64,000 bases of DNA from Candidatus Falkowbacteria bacterium (GCA_016214745.1 JACRNW010000001.1:67150-131149); one strand, 5' to 3'; numbered from the stretch's first letter, positions 41,872-52,045 are shown. Notes: generated by a model not told the origin, from the letters alone. Program-made: numbers and translations.

Positions 41872-44423
41872 CTACGGACGCTGGTTCCGCAGGTTGCAGC
41901 CGCCCAATCGGTTGTCGACGCTCCAGAATGCATCCGGAACGCCGCCAAGCGTGGCGCTGTGAGAACCCTGCAGAGTGCCGGGCGGGTAGGGACCAACGCA
42001 GCCCCAGAACGGCGGCGCAAGTTCGGCCACCGTCTGGTACTCAATGTACCAACCCGGATCGAGGGCCACGCTGAAGCAAACGGAGCTCACGCTCGTCGCC
42101 TCAACCAAGACGCTCCAGGGACCGGTGCAGACAAGACGGCCGTCAAGACCGTCAGTCGGACCCATGGAGATCGTCGTGCCGACGCAGCCTTCGATCGCGA
42201 TCCTCGGAGCGACGGCGCCCGCGTCCCAGCAGTGAGTGTACCTGCCGGGGCCGGTGCAGCCGTCGTCTACGACCGTGTCGCAGTCATCATCCGTCCCGTT
42301 GTCGCAGATCTCGGGGCGGACCACGGAGCAGCTCGTACTGCATCCGTTGTCGATGAAGCCGTCACAGTTGTCGTCCAACCCGTTGCCGCAGATTTCCGGC
42401 GGCACGGGTCCGCAGGTCCCGCAGGAGTTGAGTAACCCTTCGTCGATCGAGCCGTTGCAGTCGTTGTCCACGCCGTCGCAGGTCTCGGGCGAACCCGCGA
42501 TCTCGCCGGCGCAGACGCCCCAGCGACCACCGCTGCAGGTCTGGGTACCACGGGCGCAAGCGCCCATGTCCGTCCGGCTGAGTGGTGCCGTCGACGCAGG
42601 AGCAACCCTCGTCGATGTCGCCGTCGCAGTCGTTGTCGATCGTGTCGCAGGATTCGGAAGCGGCCGGAGCGACGTAGCCGACGCAGACACCCCAGTAACG
42701 TCCGTCCGTGCACGTCTCGAGCCCACTCACGCAGGCCCCGAGGTCCGTCCCACAAGCTCGGGTTGCCCCGGGCGTGCAGATGCAGTCCTCATTGACGAGA
42801 CCGTTGCAGTTCTCGTCCAACGTGCCGGTGCAAACTTCCGGGGCGGGTCCGACGAAACCGGTGCAAGCGTTCCAGCGGCCCATGACGCAAGTCTGGGTTC
42901 CGCGAGAGCACTCGCCCGTGTCGTCGCCGCAGGGCTGGGCCGTACCGTTCACGCAAGAACAGCCCTCGTCCACTTCGGTGTCGCAGTCGTTGTCCAGCGT
43001 GTCACAGGTCTCGGGGGCAGGAGGCAGGAAGCCCACGCCGCCGCAGTCGGACCACTGTCCGGCTCCGAACCCGTTGTTCAAACAGGTCCGGGTCCCCATG
43101 ACGCACTCGCCGAGGTCGGTACCGCACGACTCGGAAACGCCGATGGTGCAGGTGCACCCTTCGTCGATCGAGCCGTTGCAGTCGTTGTCCACGCCGTCGC
43201 AGGTCTCGGGCGAACCCGCGATCTCGCCGGCGCAGACGCCCCAGCGACCACCGCTGCAGGTCTGGGTACCACGGGCGCAAGCGCCCATGTCCGTCCTCCG
43301 CGAGGAGCGGATCACAGACCTCGGTGTCGGGGGCGATACCCGTGCAGTCGCTCCAGAATCCGCCAATGCAGAACTGGGCACCGAGCGTGCACTCACCCAT
43401 CTCCTCGCCGCAGAGGCGAGAAGAAGTTCCGACGCACTCGCAGCCTTCGTCGATCGTGGTGTCGCAATCGTTATCCACGCCGTCGCAGGTTTCGGAGGCG
43501 GGACCCGTGCCAAGGCACAGTCCCCAGTGACCGCCCATGCAATACTGGAGGCCGGTGGCGCAGGCGCCGATGTCCGTACCGCAGACGCGACCGTCGCCGG
43601 ACCGACATTCGCAGTCTTCGTCGATCGAGCCGTCGCAGTCGTTGTCCGAGCCGTCGCAGTACTCCGGGGTCACGACGCCGCAGGAGCCGCACGCATTGAG
43701 CAGCCCCTCGTCGACGCGACCGTCGCAGTTGTCGTCGAAACCGTTGCAGATCTCGGCCGACGGAAAGTGCTGGGGCTGACATGGGCCGTAACCCGAGTCA
43801 TCCGCCAGACAGAACATCCGACCCTCGGCACAAGCGCCGAGGAATCCCGGAATCATGCAGTCGATCGGCAGGCCGGTGTGATCGCAGGCGCAGCTCTCGT
43901 CGACTCGTCCGTCGCAGTTGTCGTCCACGCGGTTGCCGCAGACTTCCGGATTCTCATCCGGCCGAGTCGTGGGCTCGCAGACGTCGGAGTAACCCGATCC
44001 GTCCGCGAGACACCGCATCTCGCCGACCGCGCAGACGCCGGGAATGAGGGTGTTGCAGGGAATGACGTCGCCCAGGGGGCAAACGCCCTCGCCGCACACA
44101 CCGTCTTCGTCGGTCTCGCCGTCGCAATCGTTGTCCACGCCGTCGCAGGTCTCGGTCGTGCCGGCGCAATCCGGCGTGCCGGCGCAGTGGCCGGTCTCGT
44201 CGCAGTACATGCCGAGCGAACAGTCGATGAACGCATTGCAGATCGCGCGGCACTCGCCGCGGAAGCACTCTCCGACTTCGCAGTCGGAGTCCGAGGTACA
44301 CTCGTACCCCGCGTAGAAGGTGGTGCCCCCGCCGCCGCAGCCGAAGCTCGCGGCGCCGAGCACCGTGGTACACACGCACACCAAGATCCAGTTCGTCCAG
44401 TTCCTCATGTTCTCCCTTTCCAT
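41872..44423 (-). CDS. GC-rich Cys-rich lipoprotein with many 'putative metal-binding motif' repeats (E.CDG.DNDCDG.IDEG); frame broken at ~42575 and ~43296
   Basis: Lipobox VLGAASFG-C; about 10 CDGxDNDCDG repeats spread over three ORFs; SD AGGAGG upstream; start could be 44423 or 44408. Confidence 0.8.
42435..43296. repeat. 141-bp exact direct repeat pair (42435..42575 and 43156..43296)
   Basis: Direct comparison from acccttcgtcgatc to atgtccgtcc; the frame breaks at the right edge of both copies. Confidence 0.85.
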
Positions 44424-44668
44424 CTTCCTGTCCCTCCTCTTGTGCGGTGGAGCCGCACGCGGCAGATCCGCCGCCAAAAACCGAACTACCAACGTCAATA
44501 CCGTGCCTTGTTTACGGCACGGCAAACTCCTCCGCACGGATGTGCGAAGGAGAGATTACCAAAATTCCTAATTGTCAACGAACAGCAGTTTTTGACCTTT
44601 TATCTTTATTTCACAACAAGAAAGAGGGTTTTTATCCCCCTCCTTCTCGGTCAAAAACCGCACACTAT

Positions 44669-44696
44669 AATTTAACATAAACTACAAATTTGTCAA
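44669..44696 (-). promoter_or_regulatory. Sigma70-type promoter for the GC-rich lipoprotein unit
   Basis: cctc-TTGACA-16nt-TAAATT; same cctcTTGAC context as native promoters at 21825 and 33147. Confidence 0.55.
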
Positions 44697-44766
44697 GAGG
44701 ATAAAACAAAAACAGAGGATTTGACCCCTGCTTTGTTAAAACGTTTTATTCTTTATTTTTTTACTG

Positions 44767-45111
44767 TTATTTTACCGCTTCCGCGATTTTGGCGAAAACC
44801 GCTGGATGGTTTTCCGCCAAATCAGCCAAGATTTTTCTGTCCAAATCAATTTTTGCCTTGCGGAGCGCTCCGGAAAGTTTGCTGTAACTCAAACCGTTAG
44901 CGCGACTCGCGGCCCCTATTTTAATCTGCCAAAGTTGACGGGCAATTCTCTTTTTTGCTCGACGATCACGATAAGCATAAACTCCGGCCTTAAGCATCGC
45001 GACTCTGGCCAATTTTATTTTGCTCTTTCTCCCCCATTTGTAACCCTTAGTTTGTTTCAGAAGATTCTTTCGTCTCTTCAAATGGTTTTTTCCTCTTTTA
45101 ACTCTCGGCAT
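44767..45111 (-). CDS. rplT: 50S ribosomal protein L20
   Basis: MPRVKRG...YAYRDRR.KKR..R.LW..I....LSYS...LDRKILADLA. Confidence 0.97.
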   Translation of the reverse strand: MPRVKRGKNHLKRRKNLLKQTKGYKWGRKSKIKLARVAMLKAGVYAYRDRRAKKRIARQLWQIKIGAASRANGLSYSKLSGALRKAKIDLDRKILADLAENHPAVFAKIAEAVK

Positions 45112-45136
45112 AAATAAAAATCTAAAAAATTATAAT

Positions 45137-45331
45137 TTAGTACTTATTCAACAATGTCTTAACGGTCTTGTCATAGACTTTGGAAACTTTGGTGTCTCGC
45201 CGTTTTTTTCTTGTTATTTTTCCGGAATCACGAGTATTAAAATGATCCTGACCGGCGTGACGTTTCAAAATCTTTGATTTTTTTGTAATTTTAAATCTCT
45301 TAGCGGCTAATTTATGAGTTTTTATTTTCAT
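45137..45331 (-). CDS. rpmI: 50S ribosomal protein L35
   Basis: KIKTHK.AAKRFKIT; lies between infC and rplT. Confidence 0.93.
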   Translation of the reverse strand: MKIKTHKLAAKRFKITKKSKILKRHAGQDHFNTRDSGKITRKKRRDTKVSKVYDKTVKTLLNKY

Positions 45332-45349
45332 AGTTTCAATAAAATTAAT

Positions 45350-45892
45350 TTACTTCTTGCCAACCGTCACAGAGAGTCGGCCTCCCTGAAAACTTAATGG
45401 TTGTTCAATTTTTGTAGACACTAAATTATTAAGCGCGTTGATAAATTGACTGGCGACTTCCCGTGCCATATTGGCGTATTGTCTTTCTCTGCCTTTCAAA
45501 ATAATTTCTATTTTTACTTTATCACCTGATTCTAAAAAATCTTTGGCCTGATTTAATCTAACGTCGCGATCGTGCGAACTGATACGAAGGGAAAGCCGGA
45601 CGCCCTTAATTTCTACTTTTTTTGCTTTAGCTTTTTGCTTTCTTGCTTCTTTATCCTTTTGATACAAAAATTTTCCGTAGTCAAGAATTTTGGCGATCGG
45701 AGGATCGGCTTTAGGAAAAACTTCTACCAAATCCAGCTCTCGCTCGCGGGCGATCCGCACCGCCTCCGGTACGGCCATCACGCCGAGATTTTGTCCATTC
45801 TCATCAATGACGCGGACCTGGGGCGCCTTTATTTGTTCGTTAATCCAATAATTAACCGTTTGAACTTTAACTTGTTTTCTTGAAATGCGCAA
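45350..45892 (-). CDS. infC: Translation initiation factor IF-3 (TTG start)
   Basis: INEQIKAPQVRVIDENG.NLG, LDLVEV.P.A.PP.AKILDYGKF. Confidence 0.96.
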   Translation of the reverse strand: MRISRKQVKVQTVNYWINEQIKAPQVRVIDENGQNLGVMAVPEAVRIARERELDLVEVFPKADPPIAKILDYGKFLYQKDKEARKQKAKAKKVEIKGVRLSLRISSHDRDVRLNQAKDFLESGDKVKIEIILKGRERQYANMAREVASQFINALNNLVSTKIEQPLSFQGGRLSVTVGKK

Positions 45893-45914
45893 GGTTTTTA
45901 ATTTTAATATTAAA

Positions 45915-45940
45915 TTATTTTGGTGGAGATGGCGGGAATT
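45915..45940 (-). repeat. Duplicate of the tmRNA 3' end (att-like)
   Basis: ttattttggtggagatggcgggaatt identical to 46080..46105. Confidence 0.85.
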
Positions 45941-46085
45941 TCACTGCTCGCTCACTTCGTTCACTGCGCTTTAAAACTCTGCGGTTTTAATATTTCCGCG
46001 AACGGAAACCTTACGGTTTCCGACCCTTCCCTGGTTCAATTCCCTATCTCAGATAACAAACTATTTTTTAATTTCTAATTTATTT

Positions 46086-46468
46086 TGGTGGAGATGGCGG
46101 GAATTGAACCCGCGTCTAGAAGTCTTCGACAAAACGAATCTACAAGTTTAGCTAAATTAAATTTTTAAAACACAAGGTATAAATTTAGCAAAATCCTTGT
46201 GCCCGAGGCCTATTAATTTTCAAAAATTTCTCTAAGCCAAAGAAATTTTCTATCTCGGTTATGACACCGGGACCCGCCTACCGAGAGTCGGCGGCCGATG
46301 TGCCGCGGCTAGTTAAGCCGTGGCAGGAGCAAAGCTCGGAACGCGAAAAGCGCTCTTTACCTTGTTAAATAAGTTTGCACTTATTGATTTTGCCAAAGTT
46401 TTGCGAGATTGTGGCAATACTCGACTTGCTCATTTTGTAAAGAACTCCTATCGAGGCCTGTCATCCCC
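46086..46468 (-). ncRNA. ssrA: tmRNA; tag ANLFNKVKSAFRVPSFAPATA* at 46378..46313
   Basis: 5' GGGGAUG pairs with 3' CAUCUCC-A-CCA with a G3:U wobble; T-arm GCGGGUUCAAUUCCCGC; immediately downstream of smpB; resume context AUAAGU-GCA. Confidence 0.93.
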
Positions 46469-46473
46469 AAAAA

Positions 46474-46917
46474 TTATTTCTTCATCGCTTCACGAATTTT
46501 TTTGTCTATTTCTCTCTTTTTAATAAGATCTCTTTTCTCGTATTTCTTTTTGCCCCTGCCAATCCCAAATTCAAGTTTTATCTTATTGCCTTTAGTATAA
46601 ACTCTAATCGGCACTAAAGTCAAGCCCTTTTGCTTGATTTTTCCGTAAAGCGAAGATAGCTCTTCTTTTCTAAGAAGCAATTTGCGAGGCCGAGTCGGTT
46701 CATAATTCGGGAGCGCGCCAGCCATTTTATAAGGCGAAACGTGGGCATTAGTAAGCCAGGCTTCGTTTCCTTTTAAAGTAACAAAAGCCCCGGCCAAAGA
46801 TATGTGGCCGGTTTTAATTGATTTGACTTCCTGACCCGTGAGGACTATTCCCGCTTCAAATCGTTCAAGAATTTCATAATCAAAACTGGCTCGTTTGTTG
46901 ACAGAAATTGCTGGCAT
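46474..46917 (-). CDS. smpB: SsrA-binding protein
   Basis: NKRASFDY.I...EAGIVL.G.EVKSI, RKLLL, GKKKYEKR. Confidence 0.97.
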   Translation of the reverse strand: MPAISVNKRASFDYEILERFEAGIVLTGQEVKSIKTGHISLAGAFVTLKGNEAWLTNAHVSPYKMAGALPNYEPTRPRKLLLRKEELSSLYGKIKQKGLTLVPIRVYTKGNKIKLEFGIGRGKKKYEKRDLIKKREIDKKIREAMKK

Positions 46918-46918
46918 A

Positions 46919-47046
46919 CCCCGTTAAAAATCTGTTTTTAAAGTTATTAACGTTTCCTTCCAAAAAAATAAAAAATTGATTTTATATCCCGCTTCCTCGA
47001 GCGAAAAATTTTTATAAAAAATTTTAGCCGAGGATTTCTAACGGGG
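46919..47046. mobile_element. Non-coding 128-bp MITE of the same family as 7850..8129, inserted at the smpB start codon
   Basis: CATA|CCCCGTTAAAAATC ... GATTTCTAACGGGG|CATA. Confidence 0.8.
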
Positions 47047-47161
47047 CATAACTTTTATATTATAAATCAATAATCGATATTTTTCAATAAAAATTCCTTG
47101 CCGCGCTCACAATTTTATGCTATCATTTAATCAATCCATTAACTTATAATCCACTAAAATT

Positions 47162-48184
47162 ATGCCTGACCAAAAACCGACCACCTGGAATATATCCACT
47201 CTGGCAATCGTCAAAATTATTTTAACTTTGCTGATTTTGTATTTTGCTTATTTAATGTGGGACATTCTTGTTTTAATCATTATGGCCATAATTTTAGCCG
47301 TTTTGATTGACCCCTTGGCAGACCGGTTTGAAAAAAGAAAAGTTCCCCGCACTCTGGCCGTTCTCTTGGTTTACATAATTTTAATTTCACTCATCGGCCT
47401 GATTGTTGTTTTAATCGTCCCGCCCATTACCACTCAATTTCAGCAACTAACCGATAATATTCCAAATTATTGGGATCGCCTGAAAGCTCTGGGAGCCGAA
47501 GATCTTTTGGCCAAATACGATCTCTCTGCGCTTCAAAATAGTTTCAAAGCTATTGAGACCAGTCTGACCGAAGGAATTTTCACCGGCTTGGGCGGAATTT
47601 TTGGCGGAGTCGTTTCTTTCTTTTTGGTTTTAGTTCTGACTTTTTACATGGTCGTGGAAGAAAAAGAATTAAAAAACGTCGTTCGCTCGCTCGTCCCGGC
47701 CCATTACCAGCCGTATCTTTCCCAACTTGCCGGACGGATGAAAGAAAAAATGGCTGCCTGGCTCAAGGGACAATTGATTCTCTGTCTCATTATCGGGCTG
47801 GCCGTTTTCACTGGCCTTTCTATTTTGGGAGTCAAGTATGCTTTGGTTCTCGGCCTCATCGCTGGATTTTTGGAAATTATTCCTTACGTTGGCCCGTGGG
47901 TCGCCGCGGCGCTTGCTATCTTTATCGCCCTGGGACAATCCCCGATGCTCGCCCTCTTTACTCTCATTCTTTTTGTCGTGGTGCAATGGTTGGAAAATAA
48001 TCTTTTGGTTCCAAAAATTCTGCAGAAGGCCGTCGGTTTAAACCCGATCATCTCTATCCTCGCGATTATCACGGGCGCCAAACTCGCCGGATTCCTTGGG
48101 GTGCTCTTCGCCATTCCCGTCGCCAGCGCTCTTTCAATTTTACTTCAGGACTTTTTTAGAAACGGCGGAAAACCAAACGTTTAA
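47162..48184 (+). CDS. AI-2E (PerM) family transporter
   Basis: Multi-TM; WLKGQL, IIPYVGP, QWLENNLLVPKI....GLNP. Confidence 0.88.
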   Translation: MPDQKPTTWNISTLAIVKIILTLLILYFAYLMWDILVLIIMAIILAVLIDPLADRFEKRKVPRTLAVLLVYIILISLIGLIVVLIVPPITTQFQQLTDNIPNYWDRLKALGAEDLLAKYDLSALQNSFKAIETSLTEGIFTGLGGIFGGVVSFFLVLVLTFYMVVEEKELKNVVRSLVPAHYQPYLSQLAGRMKEKMAAWLKGQLILCLIIGLAVFTGLSILGVKYALVLGLIAGFLEIIPYVGPWVAAALAIFIALGQSPMLALFTLILFVVVQWLENNLLVPKILQKAVGLNPIISILAIITGAKLAGFLGVLFAIPVASALSILLQDFFRNGGKPNV

Positions 48185-48195
48185 CAATTTTTAAA

Positions 48196-48957
48196 ATGAC
48201 TCGCATTAACGATCCTTCCTCTGACCCATGGATCAAAAAAGTTGATGAAAAAGAAAAATTAAAAGACGAAATCCGCGGAGAAGTTGTCAGAGAAATAAAA
48301 ACAAAAAAACGCAAAAAATTTTTTACTTGCTGTTTTTTTGAATTACTAATTATAATTCTGATTTTTGGGGGTCTGGTCGCCGCAGTTGCGAAAACCGGTG
48401 TAATTACTATTCCGATTTTTTCTAAATTATTTTATGATAAACCCGCGCCACAAAGAATCGTTTCAATAAATCCCGATGAAACAAAAAGTTTTGAAGAAAA
48501 AATCGTTGAAAAACTTGAGCAACTCAAATTAAAAACTCCCGCCGTCGGAGAAAATTATGAAGTCGTATTAGAATTTACGGAAGAAGAATTAACTGGTTTT
48601 CTCAAGTCCATGGAAGCGGATGAAAATTCGCCTTTCACTGATTCCCAAGTTTCCGTCAGTCCCGAGGGCGTTGAACTTTTTGGCGAATTGAAAAATTTAA
48701 ACCACGCTTTCTTGACAATCACCCTGAAGCCGGAAATAATAAATAATAATTTTAAAATCTCATTTAAAAAAATAAAACTTGGCAATCTGTCTTTGCCGGC
48801 CTCACTCGGAAATTTTCTGGTGGACAGACTGCTGAAAGATCAATTTGATTCCGCCGAGAAGTCTGTCTCTGAATTTGGAAAACTGGAAAATATAGAACTC
48901 TCCGATGGCAAAATAATTTTCCGCGGCCAATTAAACGCTTCGGCTTTTACTGAATGA
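48196..48957 (+). CDS. Membrane-anchored hypothetical protein
   Basis: One TM; FTEEELT and KLGNLSLP motifs; first of three closely spaced genes. Confidence 0.6.
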   Translation: MTRINDPSSDPWIKKVDEKEKLKDEIRGEVVREIKTKKRKKFFTCCFFELLIIILIFGGLVAAVAKTGVITIPIFSKLFYDKPAPQRIVSINPDETKSFEEKIVEKLEQLKLKTPAVGENYEVVLEFTEEELTGFLKSMEADENSPFTDSQVSVSPEGVELFGELKNLNHAFLTITLKPEIINNNFKISFKKIKLGNLSLPASLGNFLVDRLLKDQFDSAEKSVSEFGKLENIELSDGKIIFRGQLNASAFTE

Positions 48958-48961
48958 AAAA

Positions 48962-49729
48962 ATGAAAATAACTAATCGCTTAATTCCCGTCATTACCCCA
49001 GCCCTCATCCTTGCCGGTTTGGAGTTATTTTTTTTGAAACCGCAATTCATTTATTTTATTTTTATTTTTTTAGTTTTGGTAATTATCGGCGCGACCTGGA
49101 AAATTATCGGCAAAGGCCTCATGAATATTGAAGCAAGATGGCTTTATCTTCTGACTCCCCTTTCTTTTCTTACGAGCGGCGTTTTTTTTCTTATGTTTTT
49201 GGAACGGCCATGGGCGAGACATCTTCTCGCTCTTTTCCTGGCGATTTTCTGCGGCGTCTTTCTGGAAAATATTTTTGTTTACATTTACGAACACGCAAAA
49301 TATCAAATCAACTCCTTAGAAAATGTTTCCAATTATCTGAACCTGGCTTCAATGTTTCTTTTTAACTCCAGTCTTTTCGGATTTTCAGTTTTTTTAAATA
49401 TCGCCCTCTGGAAATTATCCCTGATTTCTTTTGTTATTACTTTTGCTCTAACTTTTCAAACGATTTGGATAAATAAAATAAATATCCGGGCGGCACCCAT
49501 TCAAATTTCCGTGATTTGTCTCGTCCTCTTTGAACTTTTTTGGGCTGTTTCTTTCCTGCCGACTGCTTTTTACGTGAATGGCCTGATTATTGCTATTTCT
49601 TTCTATTTGATGAATAATTTAATGCGGCTGCACCTGCTCGATAGTCTAAATAAAAAAGTAATCCGTCGTTATTTTATTCTTTGCAGTTTAATTATTTTCC
49701 TTATACTTTTAACCGCCCAATGGGTTTAA
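48962..49729 (+). CDS. Polytopic membrane protein (DUF5656-like)
   Basis: About 9 hydrophobic segments; ELFWAVSFLP. Confidence 0.6.
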   Translation: MKITNRLIPVITPALILAGLELFFLKPQFIYFIFIFLVLVIIGATWKIIGKGLMNIEARWLYLLTPLSFLTSGVFFLMFLERPWARHLLALFLAIFCGVFLENIFVYIYEHAKYQINSLENVSNYLNLASMFLFNSSLFGFSVFLNIALWKLSLISFVITFALTFQTIWINKINIRAAPIQISVICLVLFELFWAVSFLPTAFYVNGLIIAISFYLMNNLMRLHLLDSLNKKVIRRYFILCSLIIFLILLTAQWV

Positions 49730-49732
49730 AAT

Positions 49733-50848
49733 ATGGAAACAAAATATTCTTCCTTAAAAATTATTATCTTGACCGTCATTTTTGGTTTGGGAGCTGGAGT
49801 TGTCGGGCAGATGCTCGCCGCCGTTTATTTTTTACCTCAAGAAATTTTTATTTCAAGTGAAGAAAACCGCGTTAAACAAATAGCGATTCAGACGGCTGAA
49901 AATGAAAAAATCCTTGAAGCGGAGCGAGCTATTTCCCCCGCGGTTCTTGAAATATATCTTCAAAAACCAACTTCTCATGATCCGCAAAATCAAATATATC
50001 TTCAAAAAAATAGAGTGGCCCTGGGAACGGCTTTGACCTCGGACGGCTGGCTTGTAAGTTATGGCGCTAATCTCGCCGATCCAAAAAATAATTTTGTAAT
50101 TTTGACCGCGGATCAAAAAATATTTTCTCCTAAAAAAATTATTTTTGACGAGGCTACGGAAACTGTTTTTATAAAAATTGACGCGGAAAATTTGGCTGTA
50201 CCAAAGCTCGGCACAACAGAAAATTTATCTTTGGGTGAAAACGTTTTAATCCCGGAAAGCAAACAATCGTTTAAAACTTTTCAAATAGCCGATCTGGCTT
50301 ACGAAAAAGCCAACGAACCGCGGGATCTTTTAAAATCCTCTGAAAAATTTTATAAATTAATTTTACTTGATCAAAACGCCGATGCCGCGGAAATTGGAGC
50401 GCCTCTCGGAAATCTTTCGGGCGAAATAACGGGCCTCATCTCCGGCATTTCACCTGCCACTGTAATGCCAATTGATTTTTGGCGCAACGCCTTTTTGGAC
50501 GTACTGAAAGAAGAAAAAATAACCAGGTCCTTCCTCGGCGTACATTACATTAATTTATCGCGAGCTCCGGGAATTAGCGACGCGTTCAGCCAAGGTAAAA
50601 CTTCTGGTGCTCTAATTTGGAGCGACAAAAATTCAAAAACTTCCGGCGTCATCCGAAATAGCCCGGCGGCCGTCGCTCTCCTCCGAGACGGAGATATTAT
50701 TTTAAAAATAAACCGCGATGAGTTAAATCAAAAAATTGATCTCTCTGAAATAATTTCTGAATATTCGTCGGGTGAAAAAATCCAAATCACTTTCTCGCGG
50801 AACGGCGAAGAAAAAACTGCTGACGTGACGCTCGGTGAAAAATTGTAA
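49733..50848 (+). CDS. HtrA/S1C-like protease-fold protein with PDZ domain, probably catalytically inactive
   Basis: TM; LTSDGWLVS; GAPLGNLSGEITG; PDZ SPAA.A.LRDGDIILKIN. Confidence 0.75.
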   Translation: METKYSSLKIIILTVIFGLGAGVVGQMLAAVYFLPQEIFISSEENRVKQIAIQTAENEKILEAERAISPAVLEIYLQKPTSHDPQNQIYLQKNRVALGTALTSDGWLVSYGANLADPKNNFVILTADQKIFSPKKIIFDEATETVFIKIDAENLAVPKLGTTENLSLGENVLIPESKQSFKTFQIADLAYEKANEPRDLLKSSEKFYKLILLDQNADAAEIGAPLGNLSGEITGLISGISPATVMPIDFWRNAFLDVLKEEKITRSFLGVHYINLSRAPGISDAFSQGKTSGALIWSDKNSKTSGVIRNSPAAVALLRDGDIILKINRDELNQKIDLSEIISEYSSGEKIQITFSRNGEEKTADVTLGEKL

Positions 50849-50916
50849 AATGAAATAAAAAAGAGTATAATAAAAATAGTCAATTTCCAATCGTTAACGT
50901 TATTAACGTCATCTCT

Positions 50917-51654
50917 ATGCCTACAAGTTATGTAAAAATTTTAAAAAATGAATGGCGCACAATTTTTTTCATTACCGGCGGAGCTTTGGCGTTAGCTTTA
51001 ATTTTAAGTTTAATCCAGCCATTCCAATACAGCGCCAAAACAAGAATGCTCGTGATCCCTTCCGGCGGCGGGCTTGATGCTTACAGCGCCCTGAAGTCGG
51101 CGGAAGCAATCGGTGAAAATATCGCCCAAGTAATTTACACTACTTCTTTTTTTGACAAAGTTATCCAGGACAATTCAAGTATCCAAAATATCTGGAGTAC
51201 TGATGAAACAAAAAAAAGAAAACAATGGGAAAAAATGATTAAAGCCGAAGTGCTTTATGGGACGGGCATGATTGACATCACGGTCTATCACAAAGACAAA
51301 GCTCAAGCAACTATGCTTGCCTCAACCATTGCCAACGTCTTGTCAAAGGAAGGCCGTAATTATTTTGGTATGCCGGGGCTTCAAATTATCATGGTTTCTT
51401 CGCCCCTACTTTCCAAATACCCGGTTAAGCCAAACATCCTTTTGAATATCTTTATGGGCCTGCTCCTCGGACTTTTAGGCGGCATAACTTTCGCCATTCT
51501 CACTTTTCATCCGGCTATGCGGGGAGAAGCTCCTCCGAGACCGATAAAAGTGGCTGAACCTCCAATGCATTTTCGACCCGAAGAAAAAGAGGAAAGAAAA
51601 ATAAGTGAGGAGCGGGAAATTATCAGCATGCACAACCATTATAATAAACATTAA
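50917..51654 (+). CDS. Wzz/CapA-like polysaccharide chain-length determinant
   Basis: Two terminal TMs; PFQYSAKTRMLV; PVKPNILLNI..G...G. Confidence 0.8.
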   Translation: MPTSYVKILKNEWRTIFFITGGALALALILSLIQPFQYSAKTRMLVIPSGGGLDAYSALKSAEAIGENIAQVIYTTSFFDKVIQDNSSIQNIWSTDETKKRKQWEKMIKAEVLYGTGMIDITVYHKDKAQATMLASTIANVLSKEGRNYFGMPGLQIIMVSSPLLSKYPVKPNILLNIFMGLLLGLLGGITFAILTFHPAMRGEAPPRPIKVAEPPMHFRPEEKEERKISEEREIISMHNHYNKH

Positions 51655-51691
51655 AATTAAAAATAAATAAAATTTTCAATTTTAAAAACTC

Positions 51692-51732
51692 TGTCAACCT
51701 CCCTTGACAGATTTTTTATTTTGTGGTATAGT
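51692..51732 (+). promoter_or_regulatory. Sigma70-type promoter with palindrome TGTCAA-N6-TTGACA
   Basis: TTGACA(51704)-17nt-TATAGT with an extended TG. Confidence 0.7.
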
Positions 51733-51804
51733 TAAATGTCTGATAAAAATAGTTCGTTTTAAACTAAAGGCAAATTGCGTTTTTCCGCTTGAATAAAGGC
51801 CTTT

Positions 51805-52045
51805 ATAGATCCCCGAAGCTGTTTGGCTTGGCAAATTTTAGTGGTAATTGGCTTATATTGAGAAGCCAGATTTACCCTCGTTCTTTATCAATCACCAGGC
51901 CAAACGACTCTGGGGTTCTATGGCAGTACTTTTGCGGCGAACCACAGTTTAAAGAGTAAAAGTTATAAAAAAGTTGAAATGATAGAGAGTGCTTTCTACA
52001 TTAGTCCACTTCTCTTAAACTGCGGTTTCCTGCAAAGGATGGTAC
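51805..52045 (+). ncRNA. Candidate structured leader or ncRNA: two long imperfect hairpins
   Basis: atagatcccc..gtttggcttgg pairs with ccaggccaaac..ggggttctat (51805-51921); tttgcggcggaaccacagtttaa pairs with ttaaactgcggtttcctgcaaa (51926-52045). Confidence 0.5.

Noticed and set aside
41715-44675. Long + strand ORFs (487 aa, 655 aa) and other overlapping ORFs in the GC-rich regions
   Set aside because: These are antisense or alternate-frame shadows of high-GC genes. The frame with the lipobox, SD and Cys repeats is on the minus strand. The same applies to overlapping ORFs across 52184-59030.
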